Shown here piece by piece: positions 26,199-38,975 of a stretch of DNA of 64,000 bases (the stretch's first letter is position 1; the number at the start of each line of letters is the position of its first letter). Both the position numbers and the translations under genes were made by a program. This DNA is from Octopus sinensis (Eukaryota). The DNA lies in assembly GCF_006345805.1 (NCBI RefSeq), contig NC_043017.1:29326001-29390000 (forward strand), in the 5' to 3' direction. Below the pieces are notes generated by a model, which was not told where the DNA came from, made no database searches, and was given only the letters and a program-made list of their open reading frames with translations.

Positions 26199-26252
26199 TC
26201 ATGTGTGCTACAGGTAAAACTCAGCGTAGCAAGTGACTGATTCAACCAAATA

Positions 26253-26283
<31 letters not shown>

Positions 26284-26284
<1 letters not shown>

Positions 26285-26568
26285 GGAGGCGTAATGGCCC
26301 AGTGGTTAGGGCAGCGAACTCGCGGTCGGAGGATCGTGGTTTCGATTCCCAGACCAGGCGTTGTGTGTGTTTGAGCGAAAACACCTAAAAGCTCCACGAG
26401 GCTCCAGCAGGGGGTTGGTGATCCCTGCTGTACTCTTTCACCACTCTTTCTCTCACTCTTTCTTCTGTTGGCCTGCTCGCTTAGCGGGGTGGCGTCGTTC
26501 GAAGGCTAAAACAATGCAAACGCATTGTGACCAGCGATGTGTAGCAACATCAGATGGTCTAGTCGGTA
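26284..26568 (+). mobile_element. SINE-C (tRNA-Arg-like head GGAGGCGCAATGGCCCAGTGGTTAGGGC)
   Basis: A and B boxes present; tail CATTGTGACCAGCGATGTG...GGTCGGT. Confidence 0.88.
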
Positions 26569-26597
26569 TTATTTATTTTTATTTTATATATATTATA

Positions 26598-26667
<70 letters not shown>

Positions 26668-27667
26668 TATGAGTTTGTTTGCGCGTGTATACAGACACAA
26701 AGGCATATATGTATATATGCACGTGTATGTATTAATGTTTTTTCATCCTTCCTCTTACAGTTCTCCCTTATTCTGAGAAATTATATTTAACATATGCTCA
26801 TCGTTCTCAAGTGCTTGCACACCAGATACCTGGAGTGAGGAGAAAGTAATGGCCCTTGACGTCATATGCAAACTTGATCTCATTCGACACCTCTACACCG
26901 AAGCATAGACTCCTATGTGATTAGCTAATGTAGCGATGACGAAGTTATACATAATAATTAGCATATTTAGTATTTAAAAAAAAATATCACGGCGTTTAAT
27001 TATATTTCAGTGTTATTTTGCATTCTTTTAGTTCACTGATTACCTCAACGTTATACAAGCGAAAACGTATTGTTATTTCACCATACAATAATCGTTGTTA
27101 TCGTAACGTTTGCAAGATGAAAACGTCTCAATAAATTGGTTCTCGATAGACTCTTTCAACCGCTACTGTTTTCCGAGATTAAGCTTCTCAGTTGTTCATT
27201 TTTTTTTTTTACTTCAATCATTACCTCATTAATTTAGATGATAATAATACGATAACAAGAGAAGCATGCATTCATTGTGAAATTTATGTTATCGTTCTAA
27301 GCGAAAAAAAAATAATAAATAATCAGCGTATTTTATTTGATGTACGCAGTCAACAACCCACATTCTCTCATTTTGTCACTCTCTCATTTTGTCTCTTTTC
27401 CTCACTTTCTCTGTTACTCTTCCTTTCTCACTTGCACTCACATACGTTCTCTCTAGTTACTCTCAAGAAAATCCCGAACAACAGGAGGTGACCACTATAC
27501 CTATAATATAATCACCTCTTGTGCCCCTCTCATTGGAGTTTTGATAAAATATGTAATTCCTTAATCAGTGATATAAGCTAACACCCGAGGCGTTAGATTC
27601 GACACGTTTACAACAGCTGAACATATCGAATCACCAATGAACTCTCTGTAAATCTGTATATAAACTG

Positions 27668-27927
27668 TCGCTAGAGGCTGGGATCACCAAGCGTAGATTG
27701 GCATATTTCGGTCATATTATGCGGAGAGAATCCCTGGAGAAGGATATCATGCTCGGAATGGCCAGTGGCAAGAGAGGAAGAGGCCGACCAAGACCCCGCT
27801 GGCTTGACACCATCAGGAGTGATACCGAAATGGACATGGCCAATCTGAAGGAAGGAGCCCAGGATAGAACTGACTGGAGGGCACTGATCCAACGTGTGAC
27901 CGAGAGTCGACTTCGACTGAGCGAGAA
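27668..27927 (+). mobile_element. RTE-clade LINE 3' fragment (BovB-like)
   Basis: RRLAYFGHIMRRESLEKDIMLG...GKRGRGRPRPRWLD...AQDRTDWRALIQRVTESRLRL, then a (TA)n tail. Confidence 0.88.
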
Positions 27928-27949
27928 TATATATATATATATATATATA

Positions 27950-28250
27950 CGGAGGTGCAATGGCCAAGTGGTTATCGCAGCGGACTCGCGGTCGTAGGAT
28001 CACGGTTTCGATTCCCAGACCGGGCGTTGTGAGTGTTTATTGAGCGAAAACACCTAAAAGCTCCACGAAGCTCCTGTAGGGGGTGGTGATCCCTGCTGTA
28101 CTCTTTCACCACTCTTTCTCTCACTCTTTCTTCTGTTGGCCTGCTCGCTTAGCCAGTGGGGTGGCGTCATTCGAAGGCTAAAACAATGCGAACGCATTGT
28201 GACCAGCGATGTGTAACTACATCTGATGGACTGGTCGGTCACGTGACGTG
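27950..28250 (+). mobile_element. SINE-C, inserted directly after the RTE tail
   Basis: Same family as 26284. Confidence 0.88.
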
Positions 28251-29702
28251 ATATATATATATATACACACATGCATACATACATACAAGTTAGACAATTT
28301 CAAATTGTTGTGACTAGTAACTAATTTAGTTGGTGCAATTTTTGGAACGCTGAAATTCATAATTACCAAGTTGATATTTATGTGAACTGCAAACAGGAAA
28401 AGCATTGTTTCATATTCTGACGATGTCAGTTTATATTAAACTTCAGTACGATGGTTAAATAATATATAAGTTTATATAAATGCAAGGGAAAGACACAAAT
28501 TTATATAGCTGCATTTCAAATATGTAAAATCTGTAGATGCACTTTAAAATTATCGAATAACTCTTTAGCCGACAGTGAAGGGTTAACTCTATCTGCAGGG
28601 AAAAATCTACTTGCAAAAGACTGGCACTCTCTCAAAGAGAATGATCTGCTTCACATCCATTCAACCTCACAGAAATCAGAACCATTGCCACAGCGGGTAG
28701 TAATGGCCAGTAAATAGACATTCATTTTTGGCTAGACATCCACTGAGAGTAGAAAATTATTGATGTGTTTGCTTTCTAAGATCAAACAATAGTATTGATT
28801 ATCGCTTTACTTTATATATTTCAGATATCAAAGTCTTTCATATACAATAGTAATATTATCTGAAGAATGCAACAATTGAAGATATCAATTATATTTAAAC
28901 GCTTAGTACACCAAAGAAGTAATAATCAGCATTATCTCCAAATTTCATAAGGAATTTTCAAAAGAATATATTCATAATTCATTGAAATCTACTATTGAGT
29001 TTTGTTCTTTTAGTTTCATAGTCTTTGGATTTAACGTAATGAGGCATAAACTACAAACAACAGAATGAGTAAAATAATTCTACTAGCAACCCAATAAATG
29101 TAATTTAAATTAAAACAGAGCAGTGTTTAACAGATTGTTGAAACCAAAATTAAAATATAGATTAAAGGACATATGAATGAAAGATTTACACAAAGTTCAA
29201 TTTGTAGTATATAAATTATCAGTTGGTAAATTATATTAGAAATGAGTTCCAGACTAATAGGATATAAAATAGAGAACATAAAGTTTGATTTTCCGAACGT
29301 TAAAATCAGTAAACAATTGAATATTTACTACGTCAGCTATTGTGCAATAAATTTCAGCAGAATATAAGTTGAAATGATGTTATCGTTCAACTCTGACTGA
29401 AATAAGACAAACATGTGTAATTATATATATTTATTATTATTAATGAGATTATTGCACCGAGGGCAGTGGAGCAAAAAGCTCAATTCTGAACGCAGTGTGT
29501 CCGTGGCAGTGTTGCGAAGCCGTTGAGGAAAAAGAAAAATGTAAATGTAATTTGGAGAGACTATTTAATTAACAAATGTTTTAGCTATTTGAAATCAACA
29601 GGCAAAAGTTCGATAAAGAGTTAAAACGATTCTCTTCATCTACTCCTACTTCTCTCTTCTCTTTTACTCACTTTTATATGCACACATATACATACATACA
29701 TA

Positions 29703-29762
<60 letters not shown>

Positions 29763-29763
<1 letters not shown>

Positions 29764-30308
29764 TGGGTGTCCAAAAAGTTCGTGCCGATTTATAGTAGCT
29801 TACCTTTCGACTTATTTTAGAAGATGTTTGGGTTCATAAAATAGGATTTAGAGCACAGTTTAAGCCATCTTTTCGTGAAAGAAGGTTTATGTTCCTATAA
29901 CCTGTGTTAATTATGTAACTCTTTAAAATGGAAGATAAGAAATTTCATTTTCGGCACTTGATGCTTTGGGAAGCACACAAAAATTGCTGCAGCTCGGGTG
30001 GGATGTGTTACCCCACCCTCCATATTCACCAGATATTGCTCCTTCGGATTTCCACTTATTCAGGTCTGTGCAAAATAGTCTTAATGGTAAAAATTCCAAT
30101 TCCTTGGTTGATTTAAAAAGATACCTTGATGAATTCTTTCCTATGAAACCACCTCAATTCTGGGTAGAGGGTATTTTTAAGTTAAAAGGAAAGATGGAGA
30201 CGTATTGTGCAACAAAATGGTTCATATTTGGTTGATTAAAATTGTACTGTTAATTATTTATTGACCTTTTTCTTTCCTTTAAAAATCGGCATGAACTTTC
30301 CGGACAAA

Positions 30309-30311
<3 letters not shown>
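29763..30311 (+). mobile_element. Internally deleted mariner transposon
   Basis: TIRs of about 29 bp (TTGGGTGTCCAAAAAGTTCGTGCCGATTT / AAATCGGCATGAACTTTCCGGACAAACCA), TA flanks. MEDKKFHFRHLML is fused to LGWDVLPHPPYSPDIAPSDFHLF. Confidence 0.93.
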
Positions 30312-30348
<37 letters not shown>

Positions 30349-30355
30349 TTATCTC

Positions 30356-30755
30356 TTTTCTCTTTTACTTGTTTCAGTCATTTGACTGTGGCCATGCTGG
30401 AGCACCGCCTTTAGTCGAGAAAATCGACCCCGCGACCCACTCCTTGTAAACCCAGTACTTATTCTATCGGTCACTTTTGCCGAACCGCTGAGTGGCGGAG
30501 ACGTAAACACACCAGCATCGGTTGTCAAGCAATACTAGGGAGACAAACACAGACACACACACCACACACATATATATATATATACATATATACGACAGGC
30601 TTCTTTCAGTTTCCGTCTACCAAATCCACTGACAAGGCATTGGTCGGCCCGGGGCTTTCGCAGAAGACACTTGCCCAAGATGCCACGCAGTGGGACTGAA
30701 CCCGGAACCATGTGGTTGGTTAGCAAGCTACTTAACACACAGCCACTCCTGCGCC

Positions 30756-30757
<2 letters not shown>
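30356..30757 (-). mobile_element. SINE-A, full length
   Basis: Family consensus match. Confidence 0.9.
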
Positions 30758-30812
<55 letters not shown>

Positions 30813-31930
30813 TATATTATCGATAATAGTTAATGCACCAGTGTTTTGTGTTTGATGATCATTTGTATATTAAGATACATTCAGACGAAAACAAAGGTGA
30901 TATGTAGAAAATTAGAGAACGCATGCATATAGAAATGCACACAAAATACACATATATACACATAGACACACAAATGCACACGCGCACATACACACATGTA
31001 CACACATAAACATAAATCCACATACACACACGTGCGCGCAGTTATATACATGTAGTATGTATATATACAATAAACTGCAAGTTTTGCAAGCCTGATTAAA
31101 AAGTATCTTAAACAACGTAATTCACTACGTAGAAATGCGAATAGAGATAAGTTATTTTCATTGGATTGTGGGAGTTAACCAGTGTGAGAACCTTAATTAC
31201 ACTAACAGAATCTGCAACCTGTCGTCAGATAAAGAAATGTTAGAAAAATATTGCTATTTTGAAAAAAAGGAAAAAAGAAAAACAATTTCCAGATAAGGGA
31301 TCTTCATTTATGAACACATATACCCCCCAAATATCTCCCATATCAAACACTAAGAAAAATGCAATAATGCTTCTACCAATTTTTGGTCGAATAGTGCTAA
31401 GTGTCCTAGTTTTAACAGATAAGGCAATATCCATTAATTAGTATAGTAGGACTAACTTCATAATACATGGGGACGTAAACTCAGTTACAGCTGTACTCAC
31501 AATATGAAAAGAATAATGCACCTTATAAATAAACTGAATTACATAAAGCTAATTGTACAAAAAGAAATGCAATTGTATGTTTTCACTATTCGTCATATAA
31601 TGTTGAAGCAATCAAATATAGGAAAGAGACGCCATTTCCACTAAATCGAAATTTAATATTGTACGTAAATACCATGTAGATATGGTGTGATGTAAAAAGC
31701 GAAAAAAAAAAAAAAAAAAAAAAAAAGAGAAGATAATGCAATCATAGTTCTTCCTTCAATTATATAGGAAAGAGGAAAAACGACGAAATTATTTTTGTTA
31801 TATGTGAAAATTGAAAGAACATTACGTTCGTTGATTTCAGTATAATGTTCTGTCTGCGATAGGTAAACGAACAAATGCATGTCGGTCATGTATAGATGAA
31901 AAGAACCTCGTATTACAAATTTCTAACACG

Positions 31931-31968
<38 letters not shown>

Positions 31969-32009
31969 GTATGTATATATGGTATACTAATATATATATA
32001 TACATACAT

Positions 32010-32395
32010 ATAGGCGCAGGAGTGGCTGTGTGGTAAGTAGCTTGCTAACCAACCATATGGTTCCGGGTTCAGTCCCACTGCGTGGCATCTTGGTCAAGTG
32101 TCTTCTGCTATAGCCCCAGGCCAACCAATGCCTTGTGAGTGGATTTGGTAGACGGAAACTGAAAGAAGCCTGTCGTATATATATATATATGTGTGTTTGT
32201 GTGTGTGTGTTTGTCCCCCTAGCATTACTTGACAACCGATGCTGGTGTGTTTACGTCTCCGCCACTTAGCGGTTCGGCAAAGAGACCGATAGAATAAGTA
32301 CTGGGCTTACAAAGAATAAGTCCCGGGTTCGATTTGCTCGACTAAAGGCGGTGCTCCAGCATGGCCGCAGTCAAAATGACAAACAAGTAAAGGAG
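32010..32395 (+). mobile_element. SINE-A, full length
   Basis: Family consensus match. Confidence 0.9.
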
Positions 32396-32956
32396 TATAT
32401 ATATACGTATGTAATAGGTTGAATGTGGATTCGTGCTTTAATTGGAGTGGTTTCCCAAAATAGATTTCTAATGCTGATTCTTTATACTTTGCTGAGAGTT
32501 TACTGGTGTTAATTAGCGAAGATATGAAAAGTAGTATCAGAATATTAAGTGCATAATTAATCTATGGGATGAAGTTTTACAAATCCAATCATATGGAGGA
32601 GATAAGATGTTAAAAAGTTGTGAAATATTTATTTATGCATACAACCGTTTCATACATAGATTTAAATTCATTTTTGAATTTGCAAATATCGCATTACTCA
32701 TCAGTACAGAGAAAAAGTAATAGGAACTTTAAAAAACAGCAGAGAAGTTATATCTGAGTTTCATGATTATCTGTTCCTGTCTATGTGTGATAGTGATGTA
32801 ATCCTCTCAATTATTAAACTCATAGATCCAACTTTTCCGCTCTTTTTTTTAAGTTCCTATTATTTTTTCTCTGCATTGATGAGTACTGTGATATTTGATA
32901 TTTGAATATTTCCTAGATTTAAACAGGTATCCAACTTGCAGCGATAATATATATAT

Positions 32957-33003
32957 ATCAGGTGACCTACCAGACCATCAGATGTTGTTACACATCGCTG
33001 GTC
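32957..33003 (-). mobile_element. SINE-C tail fragment
   Basis: ACCAGACCATCAGATGTTGTTACACATCGCTGGTCA. Confidence 0.7.
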
Positions 33004-33359
33004 ATATATATATATATATATATTTATATAATCCTGAATAGGATTAGATTTGTGAATTTTCACATTAGTTCTACCCCTTCCTATATCTATAAACAAAAAT
33101 TCTTTGTTTCCATCCAACCAAAAATCCCCCTCCCTACTGATAGATCTAAATAGCAAAGTTAAAATCTACAGTCAGAGAGTAGATTTAATATCATATTCTT
33201 AAGAATGAAATCAACCTCTCTGTCTGTATATCTACCCTCTTTATAATGTTGGCAAACGAAATAGAGATAAGAATGTGCATTGTCCGTTCGATTGGAAAAT
33301 CTCTAAAGGTGGCTGAAGATTGCTCGACATTTTAAAACTGATGTAATGCTTACAGTGTT

Positions 33360-33712
33360 TATTATTATAATTATTGGTCGACCGTGGTCGAGACAATGGA
33401 ATTTACCATGCTACGCCAGACTTCACGGTCCATCATGGCATTACGGAGGTCCTGTTGCTGGATGCCTGTATCCCTGGAGATTACATCAGGGTAGGAGAGT
33501 GGGTGTTTGTTTGGTGTTGTTTGGTTGGGAGCTGACTCTTCTCCATCAGGTGATACCCGTCTGTTAATATTGAGGGCATCACCGTCAATGGATGCTCTTG
33601 GAGGTGAAATGTGATCAGACAGGACCCGGCAAAGCAGGGGCTGGACCTACATCCGCAGGTATACCATTAGGTCTGGTTCCCTGGGGAAGAGGAACCCTGG
33701 TGCAGTTAATTG
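33360..33712 (-). mobile_element. Non-autonomous, internally deleted RTE-like element
   Basis: The 3' part encodes LSYPDVISRDTGIQQQDLRNAMMDREVWRSMV (RTE C-terminus) and ends in (TAA)n. The 5' part is not RT-like. Confidence 0.65.
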
Positions 33713-33835
33713 TAAATTCCAAAGTCTTTTCAGATGGCTAATAATGTGTGCGCGCGCGCCACTACTACACACATGTAAATTCCATAGTCTTTTCAAATGG
33801 CTAATAATGTGTGCGCGCGCCACTACTTACACACA
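33712..33835. repeat. Tandem duplication of about 62 bp
   Basis: GTAAATTCCA...GGCTAATAATGTGTGCGCGCGCCACTAC occurs twice. Confidence 0.85.
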
Positions 33836-33984
33836 GTGTTTAATAAAATGAAGTAGCATGAAACAATTGTACCACTCTACCTCGGATATATTTGTTGCTT
33901 ATTTTGATTGTAATAACCTCATGGATTTATATGGATAATATCATACAAAATTCTGGTGCCTTTGACTTAAGTACCATAAGCGTG

Positions 33985-34295
33985 TGTGAAGGTGCATGGC
34001 TCAGTGGTTATAACATCGGGTTTATAATCTGTTCAGGTTCTGCGTTGTGTTCTTGGGTAAGGTACCAATTTCGCGTTGCTCCAGTTCACTCAGCTGCAGA
34101 AATGAATCGCAACGTCACTGGTGCCAAGCTGTATCAACCTTTGCCTCTCCCTCGGACGACATCGGCGTCGTGGAGACGAGACGCTGGTATGCATGGCTGA
34201 ATTCAGATCTTCCACAAACAATCTTGCCCGGACTTTTACCAGGGAGGGAAAATTTCCGACTGCAATCCCATTGCCATTCGTGATCGAAGGGTGTC
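33985..34295 (+). mobile_element. SINE-E (D-type core, different tail)
   Basis: TTGCTCCAGTTCACTCAGCTG core, then GTCACTGGTGCCAAGCTGTATC...GCAATCCCAT. Confidence 0.75.
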
Positions 34296-34416
34296 ACCCA
34301 TGTATCTATGTGCGAATGCATGTGTATTTAGAATAAGAACAATAATAAGAGAGAGATGCAGAATAAGTGGGGAAAAAGTGGGATAAATTATATAATACAA
34401 AGAACTGTATACTTAC

Positions 34417-34587
34417 TGGTATTTCAGTTTTTAATCCCTTAATGGGAGAGTTACCAGTTCGTTTTTCCTCCATAACCCAATCCTGGGTCACCTCAGACAC
34501 AAAGGGACGGAGAGAATCAATCATTCGAACAGCTGTGATATTTGCGCCTCCGTACTTAAATTCTTCTAAGTCGATGAGGGTTAGATC
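34417..34587 (-). CDS. GRIK-like: Ionotropic glutamate receptor (kainate-like) ATD exon A, 57 aa, phase 0/0
   Basis: tttgactgtttcag|GAT...CCA|gtaagt. Translates DLTLIDLEEFKYGGANITAVRMIDSLRPFVSEVTQDWVMEEKRTGNSPIKGLKTEIP, which resembles GluK [23 protein letters not shown] and keeps the N-x-T sequon. Confidence 0.93.
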
Positions 34588-35449
34588 CTGAAACAGTCAA
34601 AACGAAACAATTATGAATGAAAAAAAATAAAACACGAATTGTTTTTATATATTTAAGTAAATAAACGTTCACATGTATTAACCTCTTCGTGCATGTGTAA
34701 GTTACATTGCAATGCATGTTCACATGTATAGCTCCATAGAAAATACCCCACATTCCCGGGACACCTACTACTACAACTACTACTACAAAAGTGACTACCA
34801 AAATTGATGGACTTGTACCAAAAAATACAAACTGACTAATCACAGAATCACATTGATGGAGATAGGAACAAAGGAATATAGATTGATACCGAACAAGCAC
34901 CTTAAGGGACACTCTTTTCAAAGGATAGGGGGATTAAGTGATGCATGTATCTTTTGCTGAAAAACATCAGTGATCGTTATTTATGCTCATACGTTTATAG
35001 ATGCACTCAAATTGATCTATCTATCTATTTGGAAGAGGAAGGTGCGAGTAGAGAGGGAAGTTTTGTCTAGGGAATGTTTCAAAAAAAGATGAGTGAATGT
35101 AGCAAATATGGCAAGTTTGAATGACAGAGCCAGCTTGAGAATAATCCAATGGAAAAAAAAACGAAAGGAAAAGATGGCCACTATTGTAATGTGCTTTCTT
35201 TTTTCATGACACTATTGCCCAAGGTTCCTGTGGTCTTTTCCGTAGGTTTTTCTATCCACGGACAAACCTAATCTGTTTTCCCTTTTTACATTGACATTTC
35301 TCTGATACACGATCCCTATTGATCGTCCCCACATTTTTTCCCAAAAAGAAAAGCTCTACTTTGTATTATGTCCCTTCTGTGTTCAGCACTGCGCGGCCAA
35401 TAAAGAAATCTATCTATTTGTCTGTCTGTGTGTCTGTCAGTCCGTTTAT

Positions 35450-35765
35450 CTACTTTATTACTTATCAACCTAAATATCTACTTATCTATATATCTATCCA
35501 TTCAACAAAATCATCTATATATCCATCCATACAGATATCTATCTAACCATCTACCGATCGATCGATCTATCTATCTATCTATCTATATCTATCGATCGAT
35601 CTATCTGTTTATCTACTATCTATTTATCTATATATCGATCGTTCTATCTATTTATCTGTCTCTATTTATCGATCTATTTATCTATCTATCTATCTATTTA
35701 TGCATTTATTTATCTATCGATCTATCGATCGATCTATTTATCTATCTATCGATCTATCTATCTAC
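35450..35765. repeat. (CTAT)/(ATCG) tract
   Basis: Direct inspection. Confidence 0.9.
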
Positions 35766-35786
35766 CGTACACTCATTTTATATCAG

Positions 35787-35819
<33 letters not shown>

Positions 35820-36822
35820 ATTGCGATTCTTTGTAAGATATATGTACGATATCATACCAGTCGTTATATAACGAATATGCAAAAATTAATTTATAAATAA
35901 TTAAATATATCACTATACGAATTTATTATGAATAAATAAATAAATACATCCAAGCGACATTTTCAACCTAGCAGGCTAAAGTTGTTCTCTCTAATATTCA
36001 GTTTTTCTTCTGCTCTGTAACATTTAACACACGCCATGTTAGAGATAAACAAAGAAAAAAAAAGAATTTCAGAAAATAATCAAAAAAACTCAAGGCTATG
36101 ACACACCTTCAGCAAAATACGAAATCATGACTCATGCGTTACGACTTTAGATAGCTTATCCGACAGGCAAATCTCGTTTCTATACTAGCTGCATTTTTCA
36201 AAGAATAAGCTGTAATTTTCTGAAATATTTAACCTACATTCTTGTTGCTTCTTCAGCGGTAAATTATCTCATAAAGTGAGAAAAATATTTATTGCCAAAA
36301 CACAGTACCACCATTCTCGGTGTTGCTGCCTCGAATAAAGCTGGAGTAAATAAATTATACCATACTATAACCAGACAATAAAGCTTCTTGTAAAGAGCCA
36401 TTGAATTGTATATTGTCTTCTATCATAATTTTTTGTTTCTCCTTTGTTGCTTCATTGTAGAACAGGCAAGAGATAAAAGCTACTGGAACATTTCATTCAT
36501 GGAAATAGCACGCATGCGTACTACCATCATTCTTTGCCAGTGGAAAAAAAAAAGTAAATTCACACTTTACTTTTATTCCTCCCATCGGTGTCGTTGGACG
36601 TTAGGTTGTTTATCACCTAGGACTCCATACAGCTTGCGTATTATCTCGGAAGAGGGTGTGACATATCAATCACGAGTAACAAAGAATTTGGAAAGTGTAA
36701 ATGCTTGCTATGCATGCAAACATAAATGCATATACACACGTAATACATATATGTATATATATACACACACACACACACACACATAACGAGATTTGCCTGT
36801 CGGATAAGTGATATATATACAG

Positions 36823-36874
<52 letters not shown>

Positions 36875-37395
36875 GCACGCATACATGTTCACGAATTATG
36901 CGTACTTTTAGTATAGGTGAGATCTGCTCGTGGATTATAGATGTTCAGCTATTGCACATTTTAAAACGATTTATTTGGTGTTGCACACTGTCAACACAAA
37001 TTCACACGTTTGAGTGTGTGTGTTACATTTTTAAGATATGGAATATAAATTGGCTAGCTCTGTAATTAATGTGCACCATGCAACATGTGTCCCTGTGCTC
37101 TCTTTTGAAAATTATAATACACTCGCTATCACAATCTGGTATACAAAATAATGGGTCATGCACTTTGAAGCTCATTTTCCAGCTGAGAGATTAACTGCCA
37201 GAGACGCATGACATTAGCAAGGAATCCATCGTTAACAGCCAAGCGGTAAGCATTAAACTAAGATGTTTATTTTATGTTTCTTGCTGGTGCTGAAAAATAT
37301 GAAGGAGCTTGACAACGTGGCTTAAGAATCTCTACCCAGTTTTCTTATTGAACAAAGTGGGCTTAATAATTTTTTTTTTCTTTTAAACAATCATA

Positions 37396-37602
37396 TATAG
37401 GCGCAGGATTGGCTGTGTGGTAAGTAGCTTGCTAACCAACAACATGGCTCCAGGTTCAGTCCCACTGCGTGGCATCTTGGGCAAGTGTCTTCTACTATAG
37501 CCTCGGGCCGACCAATGCCTTGTGAGTGGATTTGGTAGACGGAAACTGAAAGAAGCCTTGTGAGTGGATCTGGTAGACGGAAACTGAAAGAAGCCCGTCG
37601 TA

Positions 37603-37657
<55 letters not shown>

Positions 37658-37857
37658 TTGTGTGTCTGTGTTTGTCTCCCTAGCATTGCTTGACAACCGA
37701 TGCTGGTGTGTTTACGTCCCCGTCACTTAGCGGTTCGGCAAAAGAGACCGATAGAATAAGTACTGGGCTTACAAAGAATAAGTCCCGGGGTCGATTTGCT
37801 CGACTAAAGGCGGTGCTCCAGCCTGGCCGCAGTCAAATGAGTGAAACAAGTAAAAGG
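37396..37857 (+). mobile_element. SINE-A, full length with an internal duplication of about 43 bp
   Basis: CCTTGTGAGTGGAT(T/C)TGGTAGACGGAAACTGAAAGAAG occurs twice. Confidence 0.9.
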
Positions 37858-37877
37858 GTATATATAACTAATAATGT

Positions 37878-38190
37878 GGCACTCCATCGCTCACGGCGAC
37901 AAGAGTTCCACTTCAGCCGATCAGTGGAATGGCGTGCTTATGAAATTGGGAGCAAGTGGCTGAGGACTCTACGAACACGCGTACCCTAAAAGTAGTTCTT
38001 AGGGAGATTCAGAATGATACAATGTGAAAGAATGGCCCTTTGAAATAGAGGTACAGCTCATTTTACTGAGTTGACTAAAGTAATGTGAAATAAAGTATAT
38101 TGCTCAACGACAAAACGCACTGCCGGGAATTGAACTCACGGCCTTACGATAATGAATCGAATATCCTAACCACTGAGCCAGGCGCATTCA
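37878..38190 (-). mobile_element. SINE-D, full length, diverged
   Basis: Head GGCTCAGTGGTTAGGATATTCG...GAGTTCAATTCCCGGCAG plus the D tail. Confidence 0.8.
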
Positions 38191-38425
38191 CATGTATTCA
38201 TATAATATGTGAAGATCAATTCTGAGGTGTCCCTGGAAGGAAAATGAAAAGAAGAAATGAAGTACTCTGCTATGTTATAATGTAGTGATTAACCAGAGAT
38301 TAAATTCCATCTCTGAAATTTCCAATTCACCTGCACGATACTTTTGGACTAATGAGTTCTACAAATATCCCAATTAAATACTACGTACGTGAGTAAAATG
38401 TCTTGAACATATATATATATATATT

Positions 38426-38625
38426 ACAGTTCTACGTTTAGGAGGTGAGGAATTATGTACATTGTTTACATTTGACGGATATTTGTCCTCATCTTCTTTG
38501 TTGTTAAAACAACGTTTCGGTTGATATACACTCCAGCATTCATCAGGTGTCTTGGGGAAATTTCGAAACTGGGTTCTCATTCCTAAGGTATTTTTCGATG
38601 TTGTTATTATTATTATTATGAATAG
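38426..38625 (-). mobile_element. SINE-P body lacking its head, with hammerhead at about 38506-38552
   Basis: (AAT)n-ATCGAAAAATACCTTAGGAATGAGAACCC...GACACCTGATGAATGCTG...CAACCGAAACGTTG. The 3' end TAGAACTG abuts (TA)n. Confidence 0.78.
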
Positions 38626-38702
38626 CATATGGGAACCAGTATTAAGAAAGAATAGGAAAATTTAGATTATAAACCCTAAAATTCACTCCATAATTACCCA
38701 CG

Positions 38703-38770
38703 GGCACATGGCATAGTGGTACTAACCCCAAGATTCCGAGTTCGATTCCTGACAGTTAAGAATAATAATG
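38703..38770 (+). mobile_element. SINE-P tRNA head with an internal deletion
   Basis: TGGCATAGTGGT-ACTAACCCCAAGATTCCGAGTTCGATTCC followed by AAT repeats. Confidence 0.65.
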
Positions 38771-38802
38771 ATACATACATATACAAACACACACACACAC
38801 AC

Positions 38803-38841
<39 letters not shown>

Positions 38842-38844
<3 letters not shown>

Positions 38845-38975
38845 CAGTTCTATGTGTAGGAGATGAGGAATTACGTACATTATGTACATCATTTACAATT
38901 GATGGATATTTGTCCTCATCTTGTTTGTTGTTAACACAACGTTTCGGCTGATATACCATCCAGCCTTCATCATCA
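38842..38975 (-). mobile_element. SINE-P 3' part, truncated inside the HHR core
   Basis: TGATGA-A-GGCTG/CAGCC-GAAACGT-T-GTGTT with a perfect stem II. Ends TAGAACTG in (TA)n. Confidence 0.75.

Noticed and set aside
28590-28730. Plus-strand candidate exon KNLLAKDWHSLKENDLL...
   Set aside because: Acceptor-like CAG only, a weak donor and no recognisable homology.
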